Notes: a model not told the origin generated them from the sequence alone. DNA of 64,000 nucleotides from Minisyncoccota bacterium (GCA_041664285.1 JBAYLA010000004.1:3171-67170); one strand, 5' to 3'. Counted from the stretch's first letter, positions 37,793 through 49,210 are shown. A program made the numbers and translations.

Positions 37793-38539
37793 ATGATAAA
37801 TAATGATCAAAAACCAATAGTCGGGGCAATCCTTATAGTAGGATTCCTAATCGCTGGAGCAATTTTATTAAAAGGTAATTCCACTTCTACCCCCAAAAAC
37901 GAAAATAACGGAATTCCAGTAAATACAACAACGTTATCCCCTGTCGGAGCTCTAGACAAAACACTTGGAAATTCAAATGCAAAAGTCACTGTTATTATGT
38001 ACGCCGATTTTCAATGTCCTTTTTGTGCAGCAGTTTCTGGCTTACTACCAGCTAATTCACCTCTAATCCAATCTCTAAAACAAAGAGATCCAAACTGGAC
38101 TCCTTCTACCTCAGGAATTATTGATAATTATGTAAAAAATGGAAAGGTATTGTTTGTATATAGAGACTGGGCATTCTTGGGACCAGAATCAATAAAAGCT
38201 GCAGAAGCAGCAAGATGCGCCGGAGATCAAGGAAAATTCTGGGAATATCATGATTATCTTTATTCTCACCAAAATGGAGAAAATGAAGGAAACTTTTCTG
38301 ATACACACTTAAAATCTTTTGCCAAGGAACTTGGCTTAGACGTCTCTAGTTTTGATAAGTGTCTAGATAGTAATAAATACACACAAGCGGTAAATGATTC
38401 TAAAAATGATGGGTCTGCTGCCGGAGTAAATGGCACACCAAAAGGATTTATCTTAAAAGATGGAAAACTTGTTGGAATGATCGAAGGGGCAGAACCATTT
38501 TCTTCAGTAAAATCAAAAATTGATGCTGCATTAAAATAG
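37793..38539 (+). CDS. DsbA-family thiol-disulfide oxidoreductase
   Basis: YADFQCPFC, AAEAARCA.DQGKFW, GV.GTP. Confidence 0.92.
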   Translation: MINNDQKPIVGAILIVGFLIAGAILLKGNSTSTPKNENNGIPVNTTTLSPVGALDKTLGNSNAKVTVIMYADFQCPFCAAVSGLLPANSPLIQSLKQRDPNWTPSTSGIIDNYVKNGKVLFVYRDWAFLGPESIKAAEAARCAGDQGKFWEYHDYLYSHQNGENEGNFSDTHLKSFAKELGLDVSSFDKCLDSNKYTQAVNDSKNDGSAAGVNGTPKGFILKDGKLVGMIEGAEPFSSVKSKIDAALK

Positions 38540-38550
38540 AAATAAAGAAT

Positions 38551-38579
38551 AAAAAAACCCGCATTATGCGGGTTTTTTT
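38551..38579. terminator. Bidirectional intrinsic terminator between dsbA and rpoD
   Basis: aaaaaaacccgcat-t-atgcgggttttttt between convergent genes. Confidence 0.85.
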
Positions 38580-38581
38580 AT

Positions 38582-39826
38582 TTAATCAAAGTAATTTTTA
38601 AGTCTCGCAATTTTTTCATGTTGACGAAGTTTTTCATGAACTTTCGCTTCAATTTGACGAATACGCTCACGGGTTACACCAAATTCTTCTCCCACTCGTT
38701 CAAGCGTATGCTGAATACCATCAAGAAGACCATAACGCATTTCTAAAATTTTACGTTCCTTTGGATTAAGTTCATCTAAAACTTCTCGAATCTGATCAGA
38801 AAGAATGCGACGAGAAGATTCTTGATCAGGACGCAAAATTTTATCATCTGGAATAAAATTTTCCAAGGTTGATTTGTCGTCATCATCTCCTACTGGTTGC
38901 TCCAAGGAGACAGTTTCTTGACTAATGTTTTCAATCACGTGAATTTTTTCTACTGGAATACCCATTTCCGTTGCAATCTCTTCGGCTAGTGGTTCACGAC
39001 CTAAATCCTGACTGAGGCGACGATGAGTTTGTTTATATTTAGAAATTGTTTCAACCATATGAACTGGAATACGAATAGTTCTAGATTGATCAGCCAAGGC
39101 ACGAGTAATTGATTGACGAATCCACCAAGTAGCATAAGTAGAGAATTTATACCCTTTTGTCCAATCAAATTTCTCAACCGCTTTAAATAATCCGAGATTT
39201 CCTTCTTGAATTAAATCGAGCAAGGTTAAGTTTGCACTTCTGCCTACATATTTTTTGGCTATAGAAACCACTAAACGCAAATTAGCGCGTGCTAATAAAT
39301 TTTTTGCTTCTATGTCTCCACGTTCGATACGCTTAGCTAGGTCTTTTTCATCATTCGCCCGAATTAAGGAATACTGCCCTATTTCCTTTAAATACATCTG
39401 AATAGAATCATGGATACTGCCCTTATTCAGATCTTTGTCATTTAAATCAAGGTCTAAATTAAGCAAATTTCCACCTTCTAATACATCAATAGAAGCTGTA
39501 GCAAACTTTTCATAAAGTTCGTCCAAGAATAAGATATTGTTTTCTATATCAGGAAAAGTTTTTAATATCTCATCATAAGTAATAAACCCACGCTTCCTTC
39601 CTTTTTCGATAAGCACATTTGCTAGACGAGTTAACCCTTCGGCTTTTTTTTCTGCATAAGATAATTTCTTTACTTGCTTCTTCGAGCCAAGACGAGTTTT
39701 AACTTTTTTTACAACTTTCTTTTTTGTTTTTTTAAGTTTTTTTATCTTTTTTAACTTTTTCTTTTTCTGAATTTTTTTAACTTTTTTTACAACTTTCTTT
39801 TTTGTTTTTTTATTTTTCTTTTTCAT
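38582..39826 (-). CDS. rpoD: Primary sigma factor RpoD with Lys-rich N-terminus
   Basis: [44 protein letters not shown]. Confidence 0.96.
   Translation of the reverse strand: MKKKNKKTKKKVVKKVKKIQKKKKLKKIKKLKKTKKKVVKKVKTRLGSKKQVKKLSYAEKKAEGLTRLANVLIEKGRKRGFITYDEILKTFPDIENNILFLDELYEKFATASIDVLEGGNLLNLDLDLNDKDLNKGSIHDSIQMYLKEIGQYSLIRANDEKDLAKRIERGDIEAKNLLARANLRLVVSIAKKYVGRSANLTLLDLIQEGNLGLFKAVEKFDWTKGYKFSTYATWWIRQSITRALADQSRTIRIPVHMVETISKYKQTHRRLSQDLGREPLAEEIATEMGIPVEKIHVIENISQETVSLEQPVGDDDDKSTLENFIPDDKILRPDQESSRRILSDQIREVLDELNPKERKILEMRYGLLDGIQHTLERVGEEFGVTRERIRQIEAKVHEKLRQHEKIARLKNYFD
39697..39812. repeat. 38-bp exact direct repeat in the rpoD 5' region
   Basis: 39697-39734 equals 39775-39812; encodes [12 protein letters not shown] twice. 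Confidence 0.8.
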
Positions 39827-41495
39827 GTTTTTGTTTGTTTAGTTCTTGTATTTCTATTAAAAGTTTCGTTTCCCTGTCTTTGTCTTTAATACTCCGTAGT
39901 TCTTGCATCTTTCGTAAGAGTTCCTCATTTATGCGTTCTTTGTCTAAATTAGTTAATAATTCTCGTATTTCCTTCTCTAAATTCGTATTATCTTCGTAAA
40001 ACACTTCCGCTTCAAATATTAAATCATTTTCTGAATCCTTGTATTTTTCTAAAAGTCCAGGAAGTAATTTTTCAAGTTCCTCGTCCTTCTTCCAGAGAGC
40101 TATACCAAGCAATTTGCGTTCGATATAATCCTTCCGATGTAGGGTACTCAAGGCCTCTTTGGCTTCTTTTATCTCTTCCTTTTCATATTTAAATTCTTTT
40201 TCAATTTTCTGTAAATCATCCTGCAGAGCATTAAGCGGTATGCCTGACTTATCACTGATTATTTTTATAAAATGCATTTTTTCTATCGAGCTATCTAGCG
40301 CATTCACGAAAAGTAATATTTTTTCTCTTATTTCTTTGCCTACCTTTCTCGCATCGTTACCAAAATTTCCAAGAGCTTTGTTCAAAAGAAATTCAATGAT
40401 ATGCTTGGAATTTTTTATCGCTTCACGCCAGGGATCCTCTCCATTTTTACTAATTAAATCAGCTGGATCTACGCCTTCTGGCATCTCCACAACTTTCACG
40501 TCCATGCCGAGCGATAAAGCAATCTTTCCTGCTCGGATCGTGGCATTGGCTCCGGCTTTATCTGCGTCAAAAGAGAGCACAATGTTGGAAGAAAGACGGC
40601 GTACCAACCCGAGATTGGAAACAACATTTTCTTTGGAAACAGTCGAGTCAGAAAGAGCCGTGCCGGAAGTAGCTATTGTATTCTTATATCCAGCTTGATG
40701 TGATAATATAAGGTCCATTTGCCCTTCCACCAGTATAGAGAAATTATTCTTGCGAATGGAATCTTTGGCTTTGTCGATACCATAGAGCACTGCGTGCTTG
40801 CTGAAAATCGGGGTTTCAGGACTATTAAGATATTTTGCCGACTTGCCATCATCTGTGAAAATCCTACCAGAAAATGCCACAACACGACCGCTAGAATCCA
40901 TGATCGGAAACATGATTCGTCCGCGAAAACGGTCATAATATCCCTTGTCTGTCTTTTTAACTAATCCTACTTTTTCTATTTCATTATCTGTAAAACCTTT
41001 TTTCTGTAAGTAAAAATACAATAGCCGCCAATCATTGAGAGCAAAACCAATGCGAAAATCTTTAATACTCTTCTCCGTGAGTCCACGGGATTTCAAATAC
41101 CCCTCTACTTCCTTGTTACCTTTTAAATTACTTTCATAATACAAAGTCGATTCTTCCATCACCCGATATGATTTCTCTTTCTCCCCTTCTGTCTCTTTCA
41201 TCTCCTTACTATAGGGTGTAAGTTCCACTCCTGCTTTGCTTGCCAACATTTTTAACGCACCTTTAAAATCTAATCCTTCAAATTCTTCCACAAAGGTAAA
41301 AATGTCCCCGGAAGCCCCACATCCGAAACAATAATAGCTCCCACGGTCAGGCGAAATGAAAAAGGAAGGCGTCTTCTCATTATGAAAAGGGCACTTCGCT
41401 TTTAAATTTATGCCTGCTTTTTCGAGCTTGATGTAAGAAGAGACTACTTCTTCAATTGATAGTCTCTCCTTAATTTTAGCAACTGGAGAGTTCAT
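39810..41495 (-). CDS. dnaG: DNA primase
   Basis: [39 protein letters not shown]. Confidence 0.97.
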   Translation of the reverse strand: MNSPVAKIKERLSIEEVVSSYIKLEKAGINLKAKCPFHNEKTPSFFISPDRGSYYCFGCGASGDIFTFVEEFEGLDFKGALKMLASKAGVELTPYSKEMKETEGEKEKSYRVMEESTLYYESNLKGNKEVEGYLKSRGLTEKSIKDFRIGFALNDWRLLYFYLQKKGFTDNEIEKVGLVKKTDKGYYDRFRGRIMFPIMDSSGRVVAFSGRIFTDDGKSAKYLNSPETPIFSKHAVLYGIDKAKDSIRKNNFSILVEGQMDLILSHQAGYKNTIATSGTALSDSTVSKENVVSNLGLVRRLSSNIVLSFDADKAGANATIRAGKIALSLGMDVKVVEMPEGVDPADLISKNGEDPWREAIKNSKHIIEFLLNKALGNFGNDARKVGKEIREKILLFVNALDSSIEKMHFIKIISDKSGIPLNALQDDLQKIEKEFKYEKEEIKEAKEALSTLHRKDYIERKLLGIALWKKDEELEKLLPGLLEKYKDSENDLIFEAEVFYEDNTNLEKEIRELLTNLDKERINEELLRKMQELRSIKDKDRETKLLIEIQELNKQKHEKEK

Positions 41496-41503
41496 AAATT
41501 ATA

Positions 41504-44500
41504 TTATTGTTCCTCTGATGTTCTAATAAACTTACTTTTGAACCCAGTTCCAGCTGGAATTAGTCGTCCAATTATAACATTCTCTTTTAAGCCTCGGAGA
41601 GAATCCACTCCACCTTTAATTGCATTTTCAATTAAGACACGATTGGTGTTTTGGAATGAAGCAGCTGATAACCAACTTTTAGTACGGAGAGAAACTTCAG
41701 TAATACCAAGTACTACTATTTCTGCTTTTGCTTCTTTTCCATTAATATCTCTAACTCTAATGTTTTCTTCTATAAAAGCAGTATTCTCGACGATATCACC
41801 CACTGAAAAATTTGTTTCACCTGCGTCTTTTATTTTTCTTCGAGAAAACATCTGACGAATAATAATCTCTGTGTGCTTCCTAGAAATTGAAGCGCTTTGA
41901 AGTTCATAAACTTTGTTAATTTCCTCAATAATATATTCTTCAACTAATTCTTTATTTCCTAATTTAAACATTTCAGCAATATCAGCTGATCCATCAGTCA
42001 AAAGCTGTCCCTTTTTCACAGAGTCCCCAACTTTAACAATAGGCATTCTCCTGAAAGCTACCACATATTCTATTTCATTGGCCTTACCATCAACCTTGCT
42101 ATCAGATAGTACTTTAATTATTTTTTCTTTTACATTTTCTTTACCATCTTTAGCTACTATTGATATTACTTCTCCGTCAGTTTCAGAAATAATTGCAGGA
42201 TTTTTTGGAATTCTTCTTTCGAAAATTTCCTCTACACGCGGAAGACCAGTGGTAATATCTGTTCCAGCCACCCCTCCAGCATGGAATGTACGGAGCGTCA
42301 ACTGAGTACCTGGTTCTCCAATGGCCTGAGCGGCTATTATTCCAACAGCTTCACCTTCTTCCACTAAATGATTTCTTCCTAAATCGAGACCGTAACACAT
42401 TACACAAAGACCATGCGCTGTTTTACAAGCAAGAGGAGAACGAACAAACACTTCAGTAAAACCTGCCCCCTCGATATTACAAGCTTCTTCTTTGGTAATT
42501 AAAAATCCTCTCTTATAAATTACCTTACCATTTTTATCTTTAAGATCACCGGCCAATACTCGTCCACGAATATTTTTAGAAAGTGGAATTTCAATTCCAG
42601 AAATATTTTCTCGAGTCACAATTTTCCCTTCTTTAGTACCACAATCCTCTTCTGTAATAACTACATCTTGGGCTACGTCAACTAATCTTCTTGTTAGGTA
42701 TCCAGCTTTAGCAGTATTAAGTGCTGTGTCGGATGCACCTTTACGAGCACCGTGAGTAATAACGAAATATTCAATTGGAGAAAGTCCTTCTTGATAACAA
42801 GGAATAATTGGAAATTCTAGAATTTTACCTTGGTTATTCTGAATAAGACCAATCATCCCAGTCATCTGCATCAAACTCGACATTGTTCCTCTCGCCTTAG
42901 AAGTGAATAAATCATAAGTAGAACCTTTTTTATCAAGCGTATTTGGCAAAACTTTTTCTAAATTTTTCTTAACCTGTGTCCAGATTTCAATAACTTTCTG
43001 ATATTTTTCATCTAAAGAAAGCAAACCTTCACTCCACTGCGAAACTGTCTCCTCTTCTAATTTTCTTCCTTCTTCTATAATTTTTGTCTTTTCTTCTGGG
43101 ACTTTAATATTATCTAATCCCCAAGTAGTACCAGAAACTGTGGAATATTTAAATCCAAATTCTTTAATCTTGTCTAAAATAGCAGGGGTATTCTCTACTC
43201 CAGAATGAACAATAAGCTCATCCAAAAGAGCAGACAGTCTATCTTGGGTCATTTCATCATTTACATAAGAGAAGTCGTTTGGCAAAATACTATTGAAAAG
43301 AAGTTTTCCAACAGAAGTTTCAAAAATTTCTCCGCCAAATTTTTTATATTTAGGTGTATCAGTGGCTAGAACTTTTATTTTTGCACGCATAGATACAATT
43401 CCATAATCATAAGCAGTGATGGCAGTATTGGGGCTTGAAAAATATTTTCCTTCACCAACTTCCCCCTCCATTAATTTAGTCATCCAGTAACTCCCTAGAA
43501 CCATATCCATACGAGGGTGTACTATTAAATCTCCATTTTGTGGTTTAAGTAAATTTTTATTCGATGCCATTAATTCTTTTGCTTCCCATTGTGCTTCTTC
43601 AAGTAATGGTACATACACAGCCATTTGGTCTCCATCAAAGTCAGCATTGAAAGCCTGACAAACCAAAGGATGAACCTGAATAGCATTTCCTTCAATTAAA
43701 ATAGGATTAAAAGCTTGAATACCTAAACGATGCAGAGTTGGTGCACGGTTTAAAAGTACATATTTACCTTGAATTACTTCTTCTAAAATAGCCCAAACTT
43801 CGGGGGAACGCTCTTCTATAAGTTTATTAGCTCCACGAATATTAAAGGCAAGTTCTGCCTGTAAAATTTTTGAAATTACAAATGGTCGGAAAAGTTCCAA
43901 AGCCATATGTTTTGGTAATCCGCATTGATTTAGCTTAAGTTTAGGACCAACCACAATAACACTACGACCTGAATAATCCACTCTTTTTCCTAACAAATTT
44001 TGACGGAAAAGACCTTGTTTAGATTTTAGATTATCGGAAAGTGATTTTAGGGGACGTTTTTGAGACTGACTCATCGCTGCTGAATCATTTTGTTTCGCAA
44101 TAGAATTATCAATTAAGGCATCTACTGCTTCTTGAATAATTCTTTTTTCATTTCTTAAAATAACATCTGGGGCATTGATTTCTTTTAATTTCTTTAAACG
44201 ATTATTTCTATTTATAACCCGACGATAAAGATCATTTAAGTCGCTGGTTGCATGACGTCCACCGTCTAGAGCCACCATTGGACGTAAAACTGGTGGAATA
44301 ACCGGAATAACAGTCAAAAACATCCATTCTGGTCGAATTCCAGCATAGGTCATTGCTCGAATAAGAGAAAGTCTTTTTTGTAATTTTTCTTTTTCTGCCA
44401 TACTTACCTTCTCTAGCATTTTTTCAGTAAGAATTTTTAATTTGTTTAAATCGAGATTTTTAAAAATAGAATAAATAGCTTCAGCTCCAATACTAGCTTC

Positions 44501-45127
44501 GAAACAAGTCCCGTATTTTAAGGAATAATGATGAAAAGAAATTTCATTCAAAACTTTTCCTTCATAAATTTCTCCAATTTCTTTTTTTGTGATAGAAAGC
44601 AAGTTTTTTAATTTCTCACGAGTATCTGCATCAGCAGAGTTTTTTAATTTAGTTTTATATTCTTTATCTAAATTAGATAGAATGGATTCTTTTTCTTCTT
44701 CATGAACTTTAGTGATAATATATCCAGCAAAATAAATTACTTTTTCAAGGTCAGAAACAGATATATTAAGAAGGATACTCATCCTAGAGGGGACTCCACG
44801 TAAAAACCAAATATGAGAAACTGGAGTAGAAAGTTCAATGTGTCCCATGCGTTCTCGACGCACGATCGAACGTGTAACTTCCACTCCACATTTTTCACAG
44901 ATAATATCTTTATAGCGAATTCGGCGATATTTTCCACAGTAACATTCATAGTCTTTTTCTGGACCAAAGATTTTTTCATCAAAAAGTCCTCCTCTCTCAG
45001 ATCTGCCTGTACGATAATTTATAGTTTCTGGTTTAGTAACTTCTCCAAAAGACCATTCTTTTATTTGCTCAGGGGAAGCCAAACGCAATGCTATTTGATC
45101 AAATTCAGTTGTGTTTAAGGTTTTCAT
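41504..45127 (-). CDS. rpoC: RNA polymerase beta' subunit
   Basis: KPETINYRT, NADFDGDQM, IGEPGTQLTLRTFH. Confidence 0.98.
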   Translation of the reverse strand: MKTLNTTEFDQIALRLASPEQIKEWSFGEVTKPETINYRTGRSERGGLFDEKIFGPEKDYECYCGKYRRIRYKDIICEKCGVEVTRSIVRRERMGHIELSTPVSHIWFLRGVPSRMSILLNISVSDLEKVIYFAGYIITKVHEEEKESILSNLDKEYKTKLKNSADADTREKLKNLLSITKKEIGEIYEGKVLNEISFHHYSLKYGTCFEASIGAEAIYSIFKNLDLNKLKILTEKMLEKVSMAEKEKLQKRLSLIRAMTYAGIRPEWMFLTVIPVIPPVLRPMVALDGGRHATSDLNDLYRRVINRNNRLKKLKEINAPDVILRNEKRIIQEAVDALIDNSIAKQNDSAAMSQSQKRPLKSLSDNLKSKQGLFRQNLLGKRVDYSGRSVIVVGPKLKLNQCGLPKHMALELFRPFVISKILQAELAFNIRGANKLIEERSPEVWAILEEVIQGKYVLLNRAPTLHRLGIQAFNPILIEGNAIQVHPLVCQAFNADFDGDQMAVYVPLLEEAQWEAKELMASNKNLLKPQNGDLIVHPRMDMVLGSYWMTKLMEGEVGEGKYFSSPNTAITAYDYGIVSMRAKIKVLATDTPKYKKFGGEIFETSVGKLLFNSILPNDFSYVNDEMTQDRLSALLDELIVHSGVENTPAILDKIKEFGFKYSTVSGTTWGLDNIKVPEEKTKIIEEGRKLEEETVSQWSEGLLSLDEKYQKVIEIWTQVKKNLEKVLPNTLDKKGSTYDLFTSKARGTMSSLMQMTGMIGLIQNNQGKILEFPIIPCYQEGLSPIEYFVITHGARKGASDTALNTAKAGYLTRRLVDVAQDVVITEEDCGTKEGKIVTRENISGIEIPLSKNIRGRVLAGDLKDKNGKVIYKRGFLITKEEACNIEGAGFTEVFVRSPLACKTAHGLCVMCYGLDLGRNHLVEEGEAVGIIAAQAIGEPGTQLTLRTFHAGGVAGTDITTGLPRVEEIFERRIPKNPAIISETDGEVISIVAKDGKENVKEKIIKVLSDSKVDGKANEIEYVVAFRRMPIVKVGDSVKKGQLLTDGSADIAEMFKLGNKELVEEYIIEEINKVYELQSASISRKHTEIIIRQMFSRRKIKDAGETNFSVGDIVENTAFIEENIRVRDINGKEAKAEIVVLGITEVSLRTKSWLSAASFQNTNRVLIENAIKGGVDSLRGLKENVIIGRLIPAGTGFKSKFIRTSEEQ

Positions 45128-45133
45128 ATAATT

Positions 45134-48100
45134 TTATTTATTTTCTTTTCTTAAATCTACATCCATAGCCAAACCTCGTAAATAATTTAACAGGACGTTA
45201 AATGATGCTGGAGAATTTGGTGATTTAATCGTTTCATTTTTGATAATGGAATCGAAGGCTGCAGATCGACCAAGAATGTCATCAGATTTAATAGTAAGCA
45301 TTTCACGAAGCGTATAAGCCGCACCATAACCTTCAAGTGCCCAGACTTCCATTTCTCCGAATCTCTGTCCTCCACCTTGAGCTTTTCCGCCAAGAGGCTG
45401 TTGAGTAATTAGAGAATAAGGACCGACTGAACGCATATGAATCTTGTCCTCCACCATATGGTGAAGTTTAAGCATGTACATATAACCAACAGCTACGTCT
45501 TGAGCAAAAGCTTCTCCAGTTCGTCCATCAAAAAGTTTTAATTTACCAGACTCTGGAAGTCCAGCTTTTTTTAATTCTTCTTGAATTTCCTCATGCTTCG
45601 CTCCCAAGAATGGTGGAACAATTGCTTGATAACCAAGACTGTTGGCAGCCATACCTAAATGCATTTCTAAAATTTGTCCCAAATTCATACGAGAAGGAAC
45701 ACCAAGTGGCGAAAGAATAACATCCACAGGCGTACCATCAGCCATATATGGCATATCTTCTTCTGGAAGAATGGTGGAAATAATTCCTTTATTTCCATGT
45801 CTTCCTGAAATTTTATCTCCAACTGAAATATTTCTAATCTGAGCAACTTCTATGACTATTTTTTTAATAATCCCCGCCTCGAGAGTGTGGCCTAAATCGC
45901 GAGAAAAAATCTTTACACCAATAATACGCCCGCGCTTACCATGCTCCATTCGAAGAGATGTGTCTTTTACATCACGAGCTTTTTCAGCAAAGATCGAACG
46001 AAGGAGCCGTTCTTCTGGGGTAAGCTCCGTTTCACCTTTAGGAGTAATTTTACCAACTAAAATATCATTCTCTCTTACCTCCGCTCCAATTCGGACGATA
46101 CCATCTTCATCCAAATCTTTTAATCTAAGCTCTCCAACATTCGGAATATCACGGGTTGTAATTTCAGGCCCAAGTTTAGTATCACGAACTGCACAAACGA
46201 ATTCCTCAACATAAACTGATGTAAATTTACTCTTTTTTACTAAACGTTCAGAAATAACAATAGCGTCTTCATAAGTTGATCCAGACCAAGACAAAAAAGC
46301 CACAAAAATATTTTGGCCAATTGAAATCTGTCCATTTACAGTACTACTTGTGTCGGCAAGCACATCACCCTTCTTAACTTTATCACCAACATTCACTAGT
46401 GGACGCTGATGGAAAACAGCAAAATTGTTATTTCTTAGAAAATTAATTAAAGTATATGTTTTGTCATGTTTTTCATTGTTCTTACCTTTAATAACTATTT
46501 TTTTAGCATCCAAATAAGAAACAATTCCATCTTCTTCTGCAATAACCAATCTACCTGAATCTCGCACTGCTAATTCTTCAATACCTGTTGCCACAAGTGG
46601 CACTTCAGGTAGAACACATGGCACAGCTTGTTTCTGCATGTTGCTTCCCATGAGTGCACGGTTTGCATTATTGTGTTCCAAAAATGGAATCATGGAAGTT
46701 GCAATAGAAAAAGCTTGGTTCGGAGCAACGTCAATAAAATCAACCTCAGTGCGAGAGACTGTTCCTGGTTCTGTTTTAATTCTTGCTTCTACTTTTTCTT
46801 CTGTTATTTTTCCATTTTCATCATAAGGAGTTCCAGCATGCGCAATGTTATATTTTTCTTCCTCTAAAGCATTTAGGTAAACTATTTCACCAGTTATTTT
46901 CCCATTTTTAACTTTGACATAAGGAGTTTCAATAATTCCAAAATCATTTATTTTTGCATAAGTTGAAAGGTGTAAAATAAGTCCGATATTTGGTCCTTCT
47001 GGGGTATGAATAGGACACACTCTTCCGTAGTGTGAAGGATGCACATCACGCACTTCCAAGCCCGCACGTTCACGAGTAAGACCTCCGGGTCCTAAGGCTG
47101 AGAGAGTACGCAAATGCTCCATTTCACAAAGTACGTTTTCTTGCGCCATAAATTGTGAAAGTTGGTTAGTAGTGAAAAATTCTTTAATCCGAGCTTGTAG
47201 TGGTCGCTGATTAATAATAGCAATCGGCATGGCTGTATCAACATCAATAATAGACATTCGATCTTGAATGTTTCTTTTAATCTGCATCATACCCGTACGC
47301 ACTTTTTGCTGAAGTATTTCTCCAACAAAACGTACTCGTCTCTGACCCAAATGATCTATATCATCAGCTTTTGCTAGGGGTGTATTGTTTAAAACAATAA
47401 TATGAGAAATTACTGTAACTAGGTCTTCTTTAGAAATTATTCGACGAGCCATCTCATCTTCTCCCATTCCCTTTTCGAAACGTTGATTAAATCTAAATCG
47501 TCCCACTGGAGAAAGGTCATAGCGTTCCGCTGTAAATAAAGAATGAATAAATTCTTTGGCATTTTCAGCCGTAGCCATATCCCCATCTCGGAGACGCTTG
47601 TAAATTTCAACACAAGAATCATTCAGACTTTTGTCTCCTTCTTTGGCTAAAGATGCTTTAATTATTTCTTCGGCTACAGGATTACCAGCAAATGCTTTTA
47701 AAAGCATGTCATTTGTCTCATAACCCATAGCTCTCAATAATGCTATTGCAGGAAATTTCCTCTTTTTGTCTATGCGGATATAAATTCCACCATCTGATTC
47801 TGATTCTATTTCAATCCATACCCCACGAGCTGGAATAATTTTTGCACCAAAATATTTAGTGCCTTTGTTTTCAGATTCTGTAAAAAATACCCCGAAACTT
47901 CGTGCAAGCTGAGGTACAATAACACGCTCTACTCCGTTGATAATGAAAGTTCCATGCGAAGTCATTAAAGGAAAATCTGACATGAAAATTTCTTGCTCTT
48001 TAACAGTTCCGAGAATTTTATTAGTTAATTTTACTCGCGCCTTGAGGGTCCCTTGATAAGAAAGTTTATTTATTTTCGAATTGTTTTCATCAATTTTAGA

Positions 48101-48319
48101 TTCACTTAAAGAAAAAGAAGTGAATTCTAATTGAAACTTTTTTCCAGAGTAATCAATGATTGGAGAAAATTCTTTAAAGACTTCTCCGATACCACTCTCT
48201 ATTAGCCATTTGAAACTTTTTAATTGAGCTTCAGTTAAATTTGGAAACTCTACTAAGGGCTTCTTGTATCGTAAAAAATATTTTTTCGGACGCTTCGTTG
48301 CACTTATTTCTTTAGGCAT
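45134..48319 (-). CDS. rpoB: RNA polymerase beta subunit
   Basis: RDVH.SHYGR.CP..TPEG, GDK.SGRHGNKG, GGQRFGEME; ATG start at MPKEIS. Confidence 0.98.
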   Translation of the reverse strand: MPKEISATKRPKKYFLRYKKPLVEFPNLTEAQLKSFKWLIESGIGEVFKEFSPIIDYSGKKFQLEFTSFSLSESKIDENNSKINKLSYQGTLKARVKLTNKILGTVKEQEIFMSDFPLMTSHGTFIINGVERVIVPQLARSFGVFFTESENKGTKYFGAKIIPARGVWIEIESESDGGIYIRIDKKRKFPAIALLRAMGYETNDMLLKAFAGNPVAEEIIKASLAKEGDKSLNDSCVEIYKRLRDGDMATAENAKEFIHSLFTAERYDLSPVGRFRFNQRFEKGMGEDEMARRIISKEDLVTVISHIIVLNNTPLAKADDIDHLGQRRVRFVGEILQQKVRTGMMQIKRNIQDRMSIIDVDTAMPIAIINQRPLQARIKEFFTTNQLSQFMAQENVLCEMEHLRTLSALGPGGLTRERAGLEVRDVHPSHYGRVCPIHTPEGPNIGLILHLSTYAKINDFGIIETPYVKVKNGKITGEIVYLNALEEEKYNIAHAGTPYDENGKITEEKVEARIKTEPGTVSRTEVDFIDVAPNQAFSIATSMIPFLEHNNANRALMGSNMQKQAVPCVLPEVPLVATGIEELAVRDSGRLVIAEEDGIVSYLDAKKIVIKGKNNEKHDKTYTLINFLRNNNFAVFHQRPLVNVGDKVKKGDVLADTSSTVNGQISIGQNIFVAFLSWSGSTYEDAIVISERLVKKSKFTSVYVEEFVCAVRDTKLGPEITTRDIPNVGELRLKDLDEDGIVRIGAEVRENDILVGKITPKGETELTPEERLLRSIFAEKARDVKDTSLRMEHGKRGRIIGVKIFSRDLGHTLEAGIIKKIVIEVAQIRNISVGDKISGRHGNKGIISTILPEEDMPYMADGTPVDVILSPLGVPSRMNLGQILEMHLGMAANSLGYQAIVPPFLGAKHEEIQEELKKAGLPESGKLKLFDGRTGEAFAQDVAVGYMYMLKLHHMVEDKIHMRSVGPYSLITQQPLGGKAQGGGQRFGEMEVWALEGYGAAYTLREMLTIKSDDILGRSAAFDSIIKNETIKSPNSPASFNVLLNYLRGLAMDVDLRKENK

Positions 48320-48475
48320 ATTTAGTTTGCTCTTTATAAACAAAAAAAACGAAAGAAAAACAGATGAAAAATGCTTTTCTTTAGCTTCTTTAAGTTTATT
48401 TAGATATGATTAAGTTAAAAACCTTGTAATATATACACAGGATTGCATCAAGTACTCAATCAGTGAATCTCAAGT

Positions 48476-48504
48476 AGCCTACTCTATTTTAGCTTTTTTG
48501 TCAA
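48476..48504 (-). promoter_or_regulatory. rpoB operon promoter
   Basis: TTGACA-17 nt-TAGGCT, about 150 nt upstream of the rpoB ATG. Confidence 0.7.
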
Positions 48505-48530
48505 ATTTGGACTGGGGATTATGTGGTGAA

Positions 48531-48556
48531 CGACTCAAATACCAGCATTTGAGCCG
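48531..48556 (-). terminator. Hairpin immediately after the trmD stop codon (possible terminator, no strong U-tract)
   Basis: cggctcaaat-gctggt-atttgagtcg. Confidence 0.45.
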
Positions 48557-49210
48557 TTACTTCTTCTTCCACTCTTCAATCTTCTTATGATTTCCAGAAA
48601 GTAAAACTTTTGGAACTTTGTAATTTTTGCCCTTATATTTCAAAACTTCCGGACGAGTGTAGACTTCACTACTTGAGACACGCTCTTCTTCTAAAGATTC
48701 ATATTTACCAAGCACCCCAGGAATTTGACGAGAGATAGAATCAATGAGAACCATCGCTGGAAGTTCCCCACCAGTCAGTACATAATCCCCTATTGAAAAC
48801 TTTTTAGTTTTTAGAATTTTATCTATCCGCGCATCTATTCCTTCATATCTTCCACAAATTAAAATAATATCTGTATACTTTTTGGAAAATGTTTTAGCAA
48901 AATTAGTAGTGAATTTTGGAGCACTTGGAATAAAATTAATGATTAGAATTTTTCGGCTCTTGCCCTTCGCGATGCTCAGGACCTTCGCCACTGCCTTTAA
49001 TAGTGGTTCGGCTCGCATCACCATTCCTGGACCTCCGCCGTAAGGTTTGTCATCGACAGGCTTATAATTGTTTTTGGGTGCTTTTATAAAATCTCTTGGA
49101 TTATAAAATTTTACAGAAATAATTTTATTTTTTATTGCTCGGCCAATAATAGATTCATTTAAATATGAATCAAAAATATCAGGAAAAATTGTAATTATAT
49201 GAAAACGCAT
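48557..49210 (-). CDS. trmD: tRNA (guanine37-N1)-methyltransferase
   Basis: VDDKPYGGGPGMV, CGRYEGID.R, SIGDYVLTGGE. Confidence 0.97.
   Translation of the reverse strand: MRFHIITIFPDIFDSYLNESIIGRAIKNKIISVKFYNPRDFIKAPKNNYKPVDDKPYGGGPGMVMRAEPLLKAVAKVLSIAKGKSRKILIINFIPSAPKFTTNFAKTFSKKYTDIILICGRYEGIDARIDKILKTKKFSIGDYVLTGGELPAMVLIDSISRQIPGVLGKYESLEEERVSSSEVYTRPEVLKYKGKNYKVPKVLLSGNHKKIEEWKKK
48952..48989. repeat. Element family B, in-frame in trmD
   Basis: ccttcgcgatgctcaggaccttcg; 22/24 identical to gyrB 61524-61547. Confidence 0.75.
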
